Part shown: in pieces, positions 41,027 through 48,832 of the stretch
Layout of the letters: the number at the start of each line of letters is the position of its first letter
Position numbering within the stretch: the stretch's first letter is position 1
Assembly: GCA_963795995.1 (NCBI GenBank)
Contig: CAWCJY010000005.1
Coordinates: 44,726-108,725, forward strand
Length of the DNA: 64,000 bases
Origin: an uncultured Actinomycetota bacterium
Lineage (GTDB): Bacteria > Actinomycetota > Actinomycetes > Mycobacteriales > Mycobacteriaceae
Reading direction: 5' to 3'
Program-made: the position numbers and the translations under genes
The notes under the pieces: generated by a model
Seen by the model: the letters and a program-made list of their open reading frames with translations, nothing else
The model's database searches: none
What the model was told of the DNA's origin: nothing

Positions 41027-43629
41027 AGTTGCACCGACTGGCCCTGAGAAATTACCGAGGCGTCGCCAACCGCGACATCGAGTTTCCGGACAGCGGCGTG
41101 GTGGTGGTATCCGGAGCCAACGAAATCGGCAAGTCCTCGATGATCGAAGCGCTGGATCTGCTGCTGGAATCCAAAGACCGCTCGACGAAGAAAGAAGTCA
41201 AGCAGGTCAAGCCGACCAACGCCGATGTCGGGTCGGAGGTCACTGCCGAAATCAGCACAGGCCCCTACCGTTTCGTCTACCGCAAGCGCTTCCACAAGAG
41301 AACCGAGACGGAGCTGACGGTGCTGGCGCCGCGGCGGGAACAGTTGACCGGCGATGAAGCCCACGAGCGGGTTTGCGCGATCCTGGCCGAGACGGTGGAC
41401 ACCGACCTGTGGCGCGCGCTGCGGGTATTGCAGGCGGCGTCAACGACCGCGGTGGAAATGTCTGGCTGCGAGGCGCTCTCGCGTGCGCTCGACGTCGCCG
41501 CTGGAGCCACTGCCGGCCTGTCCGGTAGCGAGCCGCTGCTCGTCGAGCGGATCGATACCGAATATGCCCGCTACTTCACCGCAACCGGGCGGCCCACCGG
41601 AGAATGGGCGGCAGCGGCCGCGCGGCTGCGCGAGGCCGAAGAGGACGTTGCACGCTGGTCGGCGGCGGTCACCGAGGTCGAGGACCGGGTGCGACGACAC
41701 GAGGCGTTGACCGAGGAATTCGCCGAGCTGTCCCGACAGCAGGCCGTTGTGAGTGACCGGCACACAGCCGCCCAAGCCGCCGCCACCACGGTCGGTGAAT
41801 TGGCCGACCAGTTGCGCGAAGCACAGCTGGTCGCCGCCGCCGCGACAGCAAAAAACGCTGCCTCGAGCGCGGCGCACAGCGAACGGTTGCGGCTGCGCGC
41901 CGATCTGGGCACCCGCGCCGCGACACTCACCACGGTGGAAGCCGATGCCCGGAAAGCCGCGGGCGTGCAGTCAGCGGCGCAGCAAGCCGCGGAAAACGCT
42001 GACGCCGCCCTCGCTCGGGCCACCACCGCCCTGGCGACCGCCCAGCAGCGCGTCGACTCGTTTCGGCGCACCTTGGTGCAGGCTGCCGAGCATGAGGAAG
42101 CCGAGCGGCTGGCCGCTCGGCTGAGCAAGATCGACGCTGCCCAGCGTGACCGCGACCGAATCTGCTCGGAGCTCTCCGCAATCGGAGTCACCGAAGCCGT
42201 CGCTCAGCGCGTGGAAGCGGCTGCTGCGGCCGTCGAACGGATCGAAGGCCAGCTCGCCTTGGTTGCCGGAACACTCGAAATCACCGCGGCCGCCGACATT
42301 AACATCGTCACCGCGGACCAACATGTAAACCTGGCCACCGGCCAGAGCTGGTCGACCACCGCCAGTGAACCCGCCGAGGTCGAGGTATCCGGAGTGCTGA
42401 CCGCCCGGTTCAGCCCCGGCGTCACTACACGCGACATCCACGCGAAATACGCCGCGGCACAACATGACTTGGCTGCTGCTTTGGCGGCGGGCTCAGTCGC
42501 TGACCTGGCCGCCGCCCGGGTCGCCGACCTGCGTCGCCGTGAGCTGCAGGGCAGCCGCGATCAGCTGACCGCCACCCTGGCCGGGCTGTGCGGCGACGAC
42601 GAGATCGAACAGTTGCGCTCGCGGCGGCGTGCGGGTCAACCGGCGGTCGCCGGCGAGGTGAGCAGCACCTCCGCGCGCGCCGAGCTCGAAACGGCCGAAA
42701 CGGCTCACGCACAGGAGGCCACACAATGCGAGGCATGTCGGCGGGCGGCGGCAAGCGCGGCGGCAAAGCTCGCTGAAACAGCGGTTCGCACAGCGGTATT
42801 ACGCGACAAGCTAATAAGCCAACGCGCAGAACTGGATGCGGTGGCCGACCGGCTGGCCCAACAGCGGGCGGTGCTGACCGACGACGAGCTGGCGGCCACG
42901 GCAGATGCTGACCTGCGCGCTCGGCACAGCGCTGACGAGCAAGTCGTGGCTCTTAGTGCACAACTGGACCGCGCGGCCCCTGACGCGGTGGCGGCGGAAC
43001 TGGCCGATGCGGCCACGGCGGCCGAGGCGTTGCGAATCCGCAGGGATCAGAATGGCCGCGCTCTGCATGAAGTCACCGTGGAGCTGGCGGTGTTCGGTAC
43101 CGAAGGCCGTCACGGCGAGCTGGATACTGCCGAGATCCGCCGTGAGCACGCCGCAGCGCAGTACTCCGCCCTGCGCCGTCGTGCCGGTGCTGCCGAGCTG
43201 CTGCGCTCGGTGATGATCCGCCACCGCGACACCACCCGGCTGCGATATGTCGAGCCATTCCGCGCCGAGTTGCAGCGGCTCGCCCGTCCGGTGTTCGGGC
43301 CGAGTTTCGAGGTCGATATCGACAGCGATCTGAGAATCTGCAGTCGCACCTTGGACGGCTGCACCGTGCCCTACGAGTCGCTATCGGGCGGGGCCAAAGA
43401 GCAGCTAGGCATCCTGGCTCGACTTGCCGGAGCGGCGCTGGTCGCCAAGGAGGACGCTGTTCCGGTTCTGATCGACGACGCGCTGGGATTCACCGATCCG
43501 GACCGGTTGGCGAAGATGAGCTCGGTGTTCGACATTGTCGGCTCCTACGGACAGCTCATCGTGCTGACCTGTACGCCGGCACGGTACGACCGTGTCCAAG
43601 GCGCACATCGCATCGATCTGAGCGCATAG
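41023..43629 (+). CDS. SMC/Rad50-like AAA ATPase, SbcC-like, Rv1278-like
   Basis: 868 aa. Walker A GANEIGKSS lies at the N-terminus. There is a very long Ala/Glu/Arg-rich coiled coil, then the ABC signature LSGGAKEQL and Walker B VLIDDALGFTD at the C-terminus. The GTG start overlaps the SbcD-like stop (GTGA). Confidence 0.85.
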   Translation: MKLHRLALRNYRGVANRDIEFPDSGVVVVSGANEIGKSSMIEALDLLLESKDRSTKKEVKQVKPTNADVGSEVTAEISTGPYRFVYRKRFHKRTETELTVLAPRREQLTGDEAHERVCAILAETVDTDLWRALRVLQAASTTAVEMSGCEALSRALDVAAGATAGLSGSEPLLVERIDTEYARYFTATGRPTGEWAAAAARLREAEEDVARWSAAVTEVEDRVRRHEALTEEFAELSRQQAVVSDRHTAAQAAATTVGELADQLREAQLVAAAATAKNAASSAAHSERLRLRADLGTRAATLTTVEADARKAAGVQSAAQQAAENADAALARATTALATAQQRVDSFRRTLVQAAEHEEAERLAARLSKIDAAQRDRDRICSELSAIGVTEAVAQRVEAAAAAVERIEGQLALVAGTLEITAAADINIVTADQHVNLATGQSWSTTASEPAEVEVSGVLTARFSPGVTTRDIHAKYAAAQHDLAAALAAGSVADLAAARVADLRRRELQGSRDQLTATLAGLCGDDEIEQLRSRRRAGQPAVAGEVSSTSARAELETAETAHAQEATQCEACRRAAASAAAKLAETAVRTAVLRDKLISQRAELDAVADRLAQQRAVLTDDELAATADADLRARHSADEQVVALSAQLDRAAPDAVAAELADAATAAEALRIRRDQNGRALHEVTVELAVFGTEGRHGELDTAEIRREHAAAQYSALRRRAGAAELLRSVMIRHRDTTRLRYVEPFRAELQRLARPVFGPSFEVDIDSDLRICSRTLDGCTVPYESLSGGAKEQLGILARLAGAALVAKEDAVPVLIDDALGFTDPDRLAKMSSVFDIVGSYGQLIVLTCTPARYDRVQGAHRIDLSA

Positions 43630-43854
43630 GCAGGGCCTGGACGACAGTTTGCTGGTTCGGCTCTGGCGGCGAGCCGGGGGAATTACGATGAGCCGGTCGC
43701 TAAGTGAGTGACGTCGCTGGGGTGATCCATTTGCTGCAATCCGTATGCGGAAACCGTCCGGGGAGACGGTTGGCGACACAGGGACAAGCAAAGTCGTTTA
43801 CCCGTTCCGCTTCGTGTGTCTCGACAATCGGCGCTAGGCCGGCCCGGTAGCAGC

Positions 43855-44220
43855 ATGTCGCGCCTCTTCTTGAGCCACTCAAGCGTCAACAATGCCGAAG
43901 CTGTTGGCATGCGTGACTGGCTTGCCAGCGAAGGCTGGGAGGACCTATTCCTCGACCTCGATCCCGAGCGAGGCATCGCGGGCGGCGAGCGGTGGGAGCG
44001 CGCCCTCAACGAGGCCGCCGCGCGCTGTGAGGCTGTGCTATTTCTGGTCTCCGGGGCTTGGCTGGCTTCTGAGTGGTGCCAGAAAGAGCTGTCCCTCGCG
44101 CATAAGCTCGATAAGCGCTTATTTGGCGTGCTGATCGAAGGTATCGACCCTGCCGCGTTACCGCCGGACCTGAGCGACACTTTTCAAGTCGTCGACCTGG
44201 CTTCAGGGCGGGACCACCGG
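43855..44220 (+). other. TIR domain (approximate boundaries)
   Basis: MSRLFLSHSSVNNAEAVGMRDWLASEGWEDLFLDLDPERGIAGGERWERALNEAAARCEAVLFLVSGAWLASEWCQKELSLAHKLDKRLFGVLIEG. This has the beta-A FLSHS start, the E..L....C..vl.lvS block and the SxWCxxEL motif with the putative catalytic Glu at 44086-44088. Confidence 0.8.
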
Positions 44221-47200
44221 CAATTCAGGGTCACGCTGCCGCGCACGCATGAAGAAGTCCAGATCACCTTTTCACAAGAGGGCCTCAAGCGGCTTCGCGC
44301 TGGGCTGGTCAAGGCGGGCCTTGACCCTCGATTCTTCGACTGGCCACCGGAAAGCGACCCTGACCGCCCGCCCTACCGCGGCCTGCGGCCACTGGAGGCA
44401 GAAGATGCCGGAATTTTCTTCGGCCGAGACGCGCCAATCTTCGATGCGCTCGATCAGCTGCGCGGGCTGCGTGAAGATTTACCCGCACGGCTTATGGTGG
44501 TCTTAGGCGCATCGGGCGCCGGCAAGTCGTCGTTTCTACGGGCCGGCCTGGTCGCACGGATGGCCCGATATGACCGAGACTTCCTTCCATTGCCTATCGT
44601 TCGCCCGGGAAGGGCGGCCATTTCCGGCGAAAACGGTTTATTGCGCGCGCTCGAGACCGCGTTGGACAAGGCTCAGATCGGGTTGTCCCGCACGACACTT
44701 AGGGCGGCCATCATCGGGGGCTCGGAGAAAGTGCGCCCTATTCTTCAGGACTTGGTCGATAAGAACACACCTACTTTTTTCGACGACGAGATCTCAGCGA
44801 AGCCACCGGCTTTAGTCATCTCGATTGACCAAGGCGAAGAACTATTCCACCTGGAAGGACAGGACGAAGCGCTGTCGCTCCTTGCCCTGCTCCGAGACCT
44901 GCTGACTGATGACGCGCCAGCGTCGATCGTGGTAATCGCGATTCGTTCCGACTCCTATGCGCGGTTACAGGAGGCCAAGTCGCTGGAGGGCATACGGAAA
45001 GTCCCATTCGATCTGGGACCCATGCCGCGCGGCTCCTATGCTGCGGTGATCACGGGCCCGACCAAGCGATTGGAGGGAACAGCGCGGCCAGTCCAGATCG
45101 ACGACGCACTGGTCGATGTGCTGCTCCATGACGTCGAGGTCGGCGGGGCCAAAGACGCACTGCCGTTGCTCAGTTTCACATTGGAGCGTTTATACCTAGA
45201 GAAGGGAGGCAGCGGCGCCCTGACCGTCGACGACTACCACAACCTCGGCGGGATCAAAGGCTCGATCGAGGAAGCCGTTGCGCAGGCGCTCTTGGCAGAC
45301 ACCAACCCCCCCACTCCGAGGGACCGCACAACGCGGCTGGCGTTACTGCGCCGCGCGATGATCCCGCGGCTGGCTGACATTGATCCCGACACCGGCGCAC
45401 CGCGGCGGCGCGTCGCCCGGCTTTCGAAGATTCCGGTCGAATGCCAGCCCGTGCTCGAGAACCTGGTGAAACAGCGTTTGCTGACAAAGGACAGGGTTGC
45501 GAAGACGGGGGAGATCACCATCGAGCCGGCTCATGAGGCACTGCTTCGGCAGTGGGACCTCCTTGAGGGCTGGCTGACCGAGGATACCGCTCTGCTCGCG
45601 GTACTTGAGGGCGTCAAGCGCGCAGCACGGGACTGGACGAAGTCCGTTAGGAGCACTGGCTGGCTCACTCACTCCGCAGATCGCCTCGCGGCCGCCGAAG
45701 CGCTGAGTGAACGGCCCGACCTTGCAGCAAATCTGGAGCCGACGGATCTCGAGTACCTCGGCGCATGTCGCAGGGCGGAAGATAAGCGCCTAGCCGCTGA
45801 AAAGCAGCAGCGCGAAGCCGAGCTCGAAGCCGCAAAAAGACTCGCGGCTGCCGAGACAACCGCCAAGGAACATGCCGAAAGCCGGGCGAACGAAGCCCAA
45901 GCTCACACCGCGGTCCTGCGCAAGCGCTCACGCATCCTGCGCGCCGTGCTGGGCGTCACTGTCATCATTGCCTTAGTCGCAGTGTACGAGTTGTTCTCGG
46001 CACGGCAGGAGAGACGGGAAGCGCTGCAGAGCGCCCGGAATGCGACGGCGCAGAAGCTGGTCTCAGAGGCGCAGGCGATTCTGGCCGGGGCGAGCACTGA
46101 CGGCGACGATGTGCGAGCGTTCCAGGAACTTCTGGCGGCCAAAGAATTGGCGACCCAGCCGAACGACAAACCTTTGCTCGACGCGCTCGTCAAGAGATCC
46201 AGCACGGACCTCATTGTGAATAGCTCCGTTCCGGTGGTCGGCGTGGCGTTCGCCGAGGTCGGCCACCGCTTGGCCGTGGCCGACAGCAGCGGTCTGCGCT
46301 TATGGGACACCAGCTCGAAGACGTGGCTAGAGGACCTGCGCAAAAGTTCCTGTGCGGTGGGCCCAGTCGAAGAGAAATCCGGTCAAGTGGGCTGCTGGTC
46401 ATGGCCCATGGGCTCCAAGAAACTCACCAGTGTGGCAATCAGTGCCGACGGTCAAGTAGTCGCTGGGGGCAGCGAGGACGGGACCGTGCAGGTTTGGCAT
46501 CTAAACGATCGACGACCCGCGCCGAAATCTCTCGATCAACCGCACCAGGGTCGGGTGAGTGGCATTGCGTTGAGTCGCGACGGCCACCGCCTTGCCTCGG
46601 CTGGTGTCGATGGAACGATCGAGATCTCGAACACGGACGGGTCTGATATGCGTTCGATACGCACCGACGGAGCGATTTTCACCGTGGCGTTCAATCATGC
46701 GGCAGACAGGCTCGCGGCCGGCGGAGCGGACGGGGCCATCCATATTTGGAACGTCAGCAGCGTGCCGCCCGCGGGCGGCAATGTGCCGGCCGGCGACCAG
46801 CATCTGAATGCCCACACCGACGGAGTCATGAGTGTGACCTTCAGCCCGGACGATCAGCTCGTCGCATCCGGTGGCGCGGACAACACGGTGCGAATCTGGC
46901 ACAGCGACAAGCTCACCCCGGCGGGACAGTTGCCAACCCCGGCGGGCCAAGTTCACACAGCTCCCGTGACCAGCGTCGCCTTCAGTGCAGATGGCACCCG
47001 TCTCGTGTCAGGCAGCATGGACAAGACCGTGCAGCTGTGGGACGTCTTGAGTCGCCAGCAAATTGGCGACCCCATGATCGGACACCAGGGTTTCGTCCTG
47101 AGTGTGGCATTCATCACCGACGGCACCCAAAACGAAATCATCAGCGGCGGAAACGACCACGCACTGCGCTTCTGGAACGCCGTTGTCGGCCAACCACCTA

Positions 47201-48309
47201 CAAAACCTCTGATTGGCCATCAAGGCCCTGTGACGAGCGTGGCGATGAGTCCTGATCGCCGTCACATCGCATCAGGAGGCGTGGACGGGACGGTACGGCT
47301 ATGGGATTCTCACACCGGTATCGAGATCAACAAGATGACCGAGCCTGCAGGGGTCATCACCCGTGTGGCGTTCAACCAGGCCGGCGACGTGGTCGCTTCC
47401 GGAAGCGCGGACGGAAAGATCCGATTGTGGGACTTGACTACGGGCATCGTCACGCCGATTGACACTGGACGGCCGGTATCCGTGATCGCGCTAAATCGTG
47501 ACAGTAGTCGTCTGGCCTCCGCGGGAATCGACGGGCAGATCACGATCTGGGAGTTACCGTCTGGGCGAGTGACCCGGCTAGAGAATAGGGACCGCGCGAT
47601 GGTTTTCGACATCGCGTTCAATCCGCAGGGCGATCGATTGGCATCGGGCGGCGTAGCCGGGATTGTGCGTTTATGGCAACTCAACGGCCGGGAGGTGTGG
47701 GAGGCTGACGCCGCCGCCGAACTACCGGAATCGTTCAGCGACCAGTGGTCGCTGGCGATCGGACATCCCGGTGAGATCCTTGGTCTCGCGTTCAGTCCGG
47801 ACGGCCGCCGGCTGGCGTCCGGAAGTACCGTTTGGGGGATAGCGAACGGTGGGTCGGCCATCGGAGTGATCCAGCGCTGGAGTGCCGACACCGGCAGGCC
47901 GCTGGGCGGCCCAGCAGAAATCGGTAACGCAGGGATGGGTCTAGCGTTCAGTTCCCAATCGACCAACCCATCGGAGGACCGCGTCGTCGTGGGAAGCTTC
48001 GACCCCTATAACGTGCAGCTGTGGAGCGCCAGCGATGGGAGCCAATACACCTTCACGGGTCACGAAGGTCAAGTCGTAAGCGTCGCGGTTAGCCCCGACC
48101 GCACCCGCATCCTGTCCGGTAGCGTCGATGGAACCGTCAGAATATGGCCGAACCCAGCCCCAATCCCAGCCGTGGCCGCCGACGCCATATGCACCAAACT
48201 AACGACGACCATTAGCCGGGAACATTGGAATCGATGGGTGTCGCCACAGATCCCCTACCGAGACCTGTGCCCTGGGCTACCGCCGACTCCCGCTGGAATG
48301 CCTGACTAG
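43855..48309 (+). CDS. TIR domain / STAND P-loop NTPase (nSTAND1-like) / single hydrophobic helix / 14x WD40-repeat protein (candidate NLR-like immune sensor)
   Basis: Uninterrupted 1,484-aa ORF from ATG 43855 (an alternative GTG at 43816 adds 13 aa). See the sub-features below. It contains in-frame rare codons (TTA at 44503, 44638, 45190, 46300; AGA-ATA at 48139-48144). Confidence 0.9.
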   Translation: MSRLFLSHSSVNNAEAVGMRDWLASEGWEDLFLDLDPERGIAGGERWERALNEAAARCEAVLFLVSGAWLASEWCQKELSLAHKLDKRLFGVLIEGIDPAALPPDLSDTFQVVDLASGRDHRQFRVTLPRTHEEVQITFSQEGLKRLRAGLVKAGLDPRFFDWPPESDPDRPPYRGLRPLEAEDAGIFFGRDAPIFDALDQLRGLREDLPARLMVVLGASGAGKSSFLRAGLVARMARYDRDFLPLPIVRPGRAAISGENGLLRALETALDKAQIGLSRTTLRAAIIGGSEKVRPILQDLVDKNTPTFFDDEISAKPPALVISIDQGEELFHLEGQDEALSLLALLRDLLTDDAPASIVVIAIRSDSYARLQEAKSLEGIRKVPFDLGPMPRGSYAAVITGPTKRLEGTARPVQIDDALVDVLLHDVEVGGAKDALPLLSFTLERLYLEKGGSGALTVDDYHNLGGIKGSIEEAVAQALLADTNPPTPRDRTTRLALLRRAMIPRLADIDPDTGAPRRRVARLSKIPVECQPVLENLVKQRLLTKDRVAKTGEITIEPAHEALLRQWDLLEGWLTEDTALLAVLEGVKRAARDWTKSVRSTGWLTHSADRLAAAEALSERPDLAANLEPTDLEYLGACRRAEDKRLAAEKQQREAELEAAKRLAAAETTAKEHAESRANEAQAHTAVLRKRSRILRAVLGVTVIIALVAVYELFSARQERREALQSARNATAQKLVSEAQAILAGASTDGDDVRAFQELLAAKELATQPNDKPLLDALVKRSSTDLIVNSSVPVVGVAFAEVGHRLAVADSSGLRLWDTSSKTWLEDLRKSSCAVGPVEEKSGQVGCWSWPMGSKKLTSVAISADGQVVAGGSEDGTVQVWHLNDRRPAPKSLDQPHQGRVSGIALSRDGHRLASAGVDGTIEISNTDGSDMRSIRTDGAIFTVAFNHAADRLAAGGADGAIHIWNVSSVPPAGGNVPAGDQHLNAHTDGVMSVTFSPDDQLVASGGADNTVRIWHSDKLTPAGQLPTPAGQVHTAPVTSVAFSADGTRLVSGSMDKTVQLWDVLSRQQIGDPMIGHQGFVLSVAFITDGTQNEIISGGNDHALRFWNAVVGQPPTKPLIGHQGPVTSVAMSPDRRHIASGGVDGTVRLWDSHTGIEINKMTEPAGVITRVAFNQAGDVVASGSADGKIRLWDLTTGIVTPIDTGRPVSVIALNRDSSRLASAGIDGQITIWELPSGRVTRLENRDRAMVFDIAFNPQGDRLASGGVAGIVRLWQLNGREVWEADAAAELPESFSDQWSLAIGHPGEILGLAFSPDGRRLASGSTVWGIANGGSAIGVIQRWSADTGRPLGGPAEIGNAGMGLAFSSQSTNPSEDRVVVGSFDPYNVQLWSASDGSQYTFTGHEGQVVSVAVSPDRTRILSGSVDGTVRIWPNPAPIPAVAADAICTKLTTTISREHWNRWVSPQIPYRDLCPGLPPTPAGMPD
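44371..45225 (+). other. STAND-type P-loop NTPase module (approximate boundaries)
   Basis: Pre-P-loop motif PYRGLRPLEAEDAGIFFGRD. Walker A GASGAGKS lies at 44506-44529. The Walker-B/sensor-like LVISIDQGEELF lies at about 44812-44847. A helical/winged-helix-like region follows. Confidence 0.75.
45934..45996 (+). other. predicted transmembrane (or strongly hydrophobic) helix between NTPase and WD40 modules
   Basis: ILRAVLGVTVIIALVAVYELF is flanked by LRKRSR on the N-side and SARQERRE on the C-side, and is preceded by a charged coiled-coil segment (AEKQQREAELEAAKRLAAAETTAKEH). Confidence 0.6.
46228..48150 (+). other. 14 WD40 repeats (two predicted 7-bladed beta-propellers)
   Basis: I counted 14 units of the pattern H.G.V.SVAFSPDG..LASGS.DGTVRLWD. 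Examples are HTDGVMSVTFSPDDQLVASGGADNTVRIWH, HTAPVTSVAFSADGTRLVSGSMDKTVQLWD, HQGPVTSVAMSPDRRHIASGGVDGTVRLWD and HEGQVVSVAVSPDRTRILSGSVDGTVRIWP. Confidence 0.85.
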
Positions 48310-48319
48310 CATCGCCTTT

Positions 48320-48832
48320 TCAGGGCCGGTCGGAGTACAGGTATACGACGGCCGCGGCCCCACCGGTACACGTGACAAAGTCGCGTGAACTCAGGCAAGC
48401 GAGGTTGTACCACTTAGAGGTCGCGGGACTGAAAACTCTCAACTGGTTCGGTCCTGGTGAGGATGAATCTGGAGCCGCATACTGCTTACGCACCTGCTCG
48501 GCGAATGCACAAGACGTCATCGGCGTGCCGCGCGCGCTGGCATTAAACGGACCGGGAATGTCGGCGTCGATGGGTGTGCACTTCGCCGCACCCGGCGGTA
48601 GGCCCTCTACTGTCGGAATAGCGGACTCTGACCGAGTCTGTCGTGAAGGGTGCGACACCAAGGCGTTGATACTGAAATAGCACAGCACTATGACGGCAAG
48701 GACTATGATCGCCGCCGCGGCGCCTGCCCGTCTCTTCCACCATGGCCGCCTTGGCGGCGCATCAGTCCGCGCGGGGGGTGTCTGGGTCTGCGGCTCAGCG
48801 GTGTCAGCGCCGTCGCCGTCCGGTTCGGTCAC
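48320..48832 (-). CDS. hypothetical single-pass membrane protein with 4-Cys C-terminal domain
   Basis: 170-aa ORF with a Pro/Thr/Asp-rich N-terminus, basic stretch RRPWWKRR, TM helix AAAAIIVLAVIVLCYFSINALV, and a ~100-aa C-terminal domain with 4 Cys. It is convergent with the TIR gene, with stops 10 bp apart. Codon usage is atypical (ATA x2, AGA, AGT, GTA). Confidence 0.55.
   Translation of the reverse strand: MTEPDGDGADTAEPQTQTPPARTDAPPRRPWWKRRAGAAAAIIVLAVIVLCYFSINALVSHPSRQTRSESAIPTVEGLPPGAAKCTPIDADIPGPFNASARGTPMTSCAFAEQVRKQYAAPDSSSPGPNQLRVFSPATSKWYNLACLSSRDFVTCTGGAAAVVYLYSDRP

Noticed and set aside
43752-43771. Hairpin AACCGTC-cgggga-GACGGTT downstream of the SbcC-like gene, considered as an intrinsic terminator.
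   Set aside because: The stem is only 7 bp with no following U-tract, so I cannot tell a terminator from a chance structure or a 5'-leader element of the TIR gene. It is mentioned under the SbcCD finding only.
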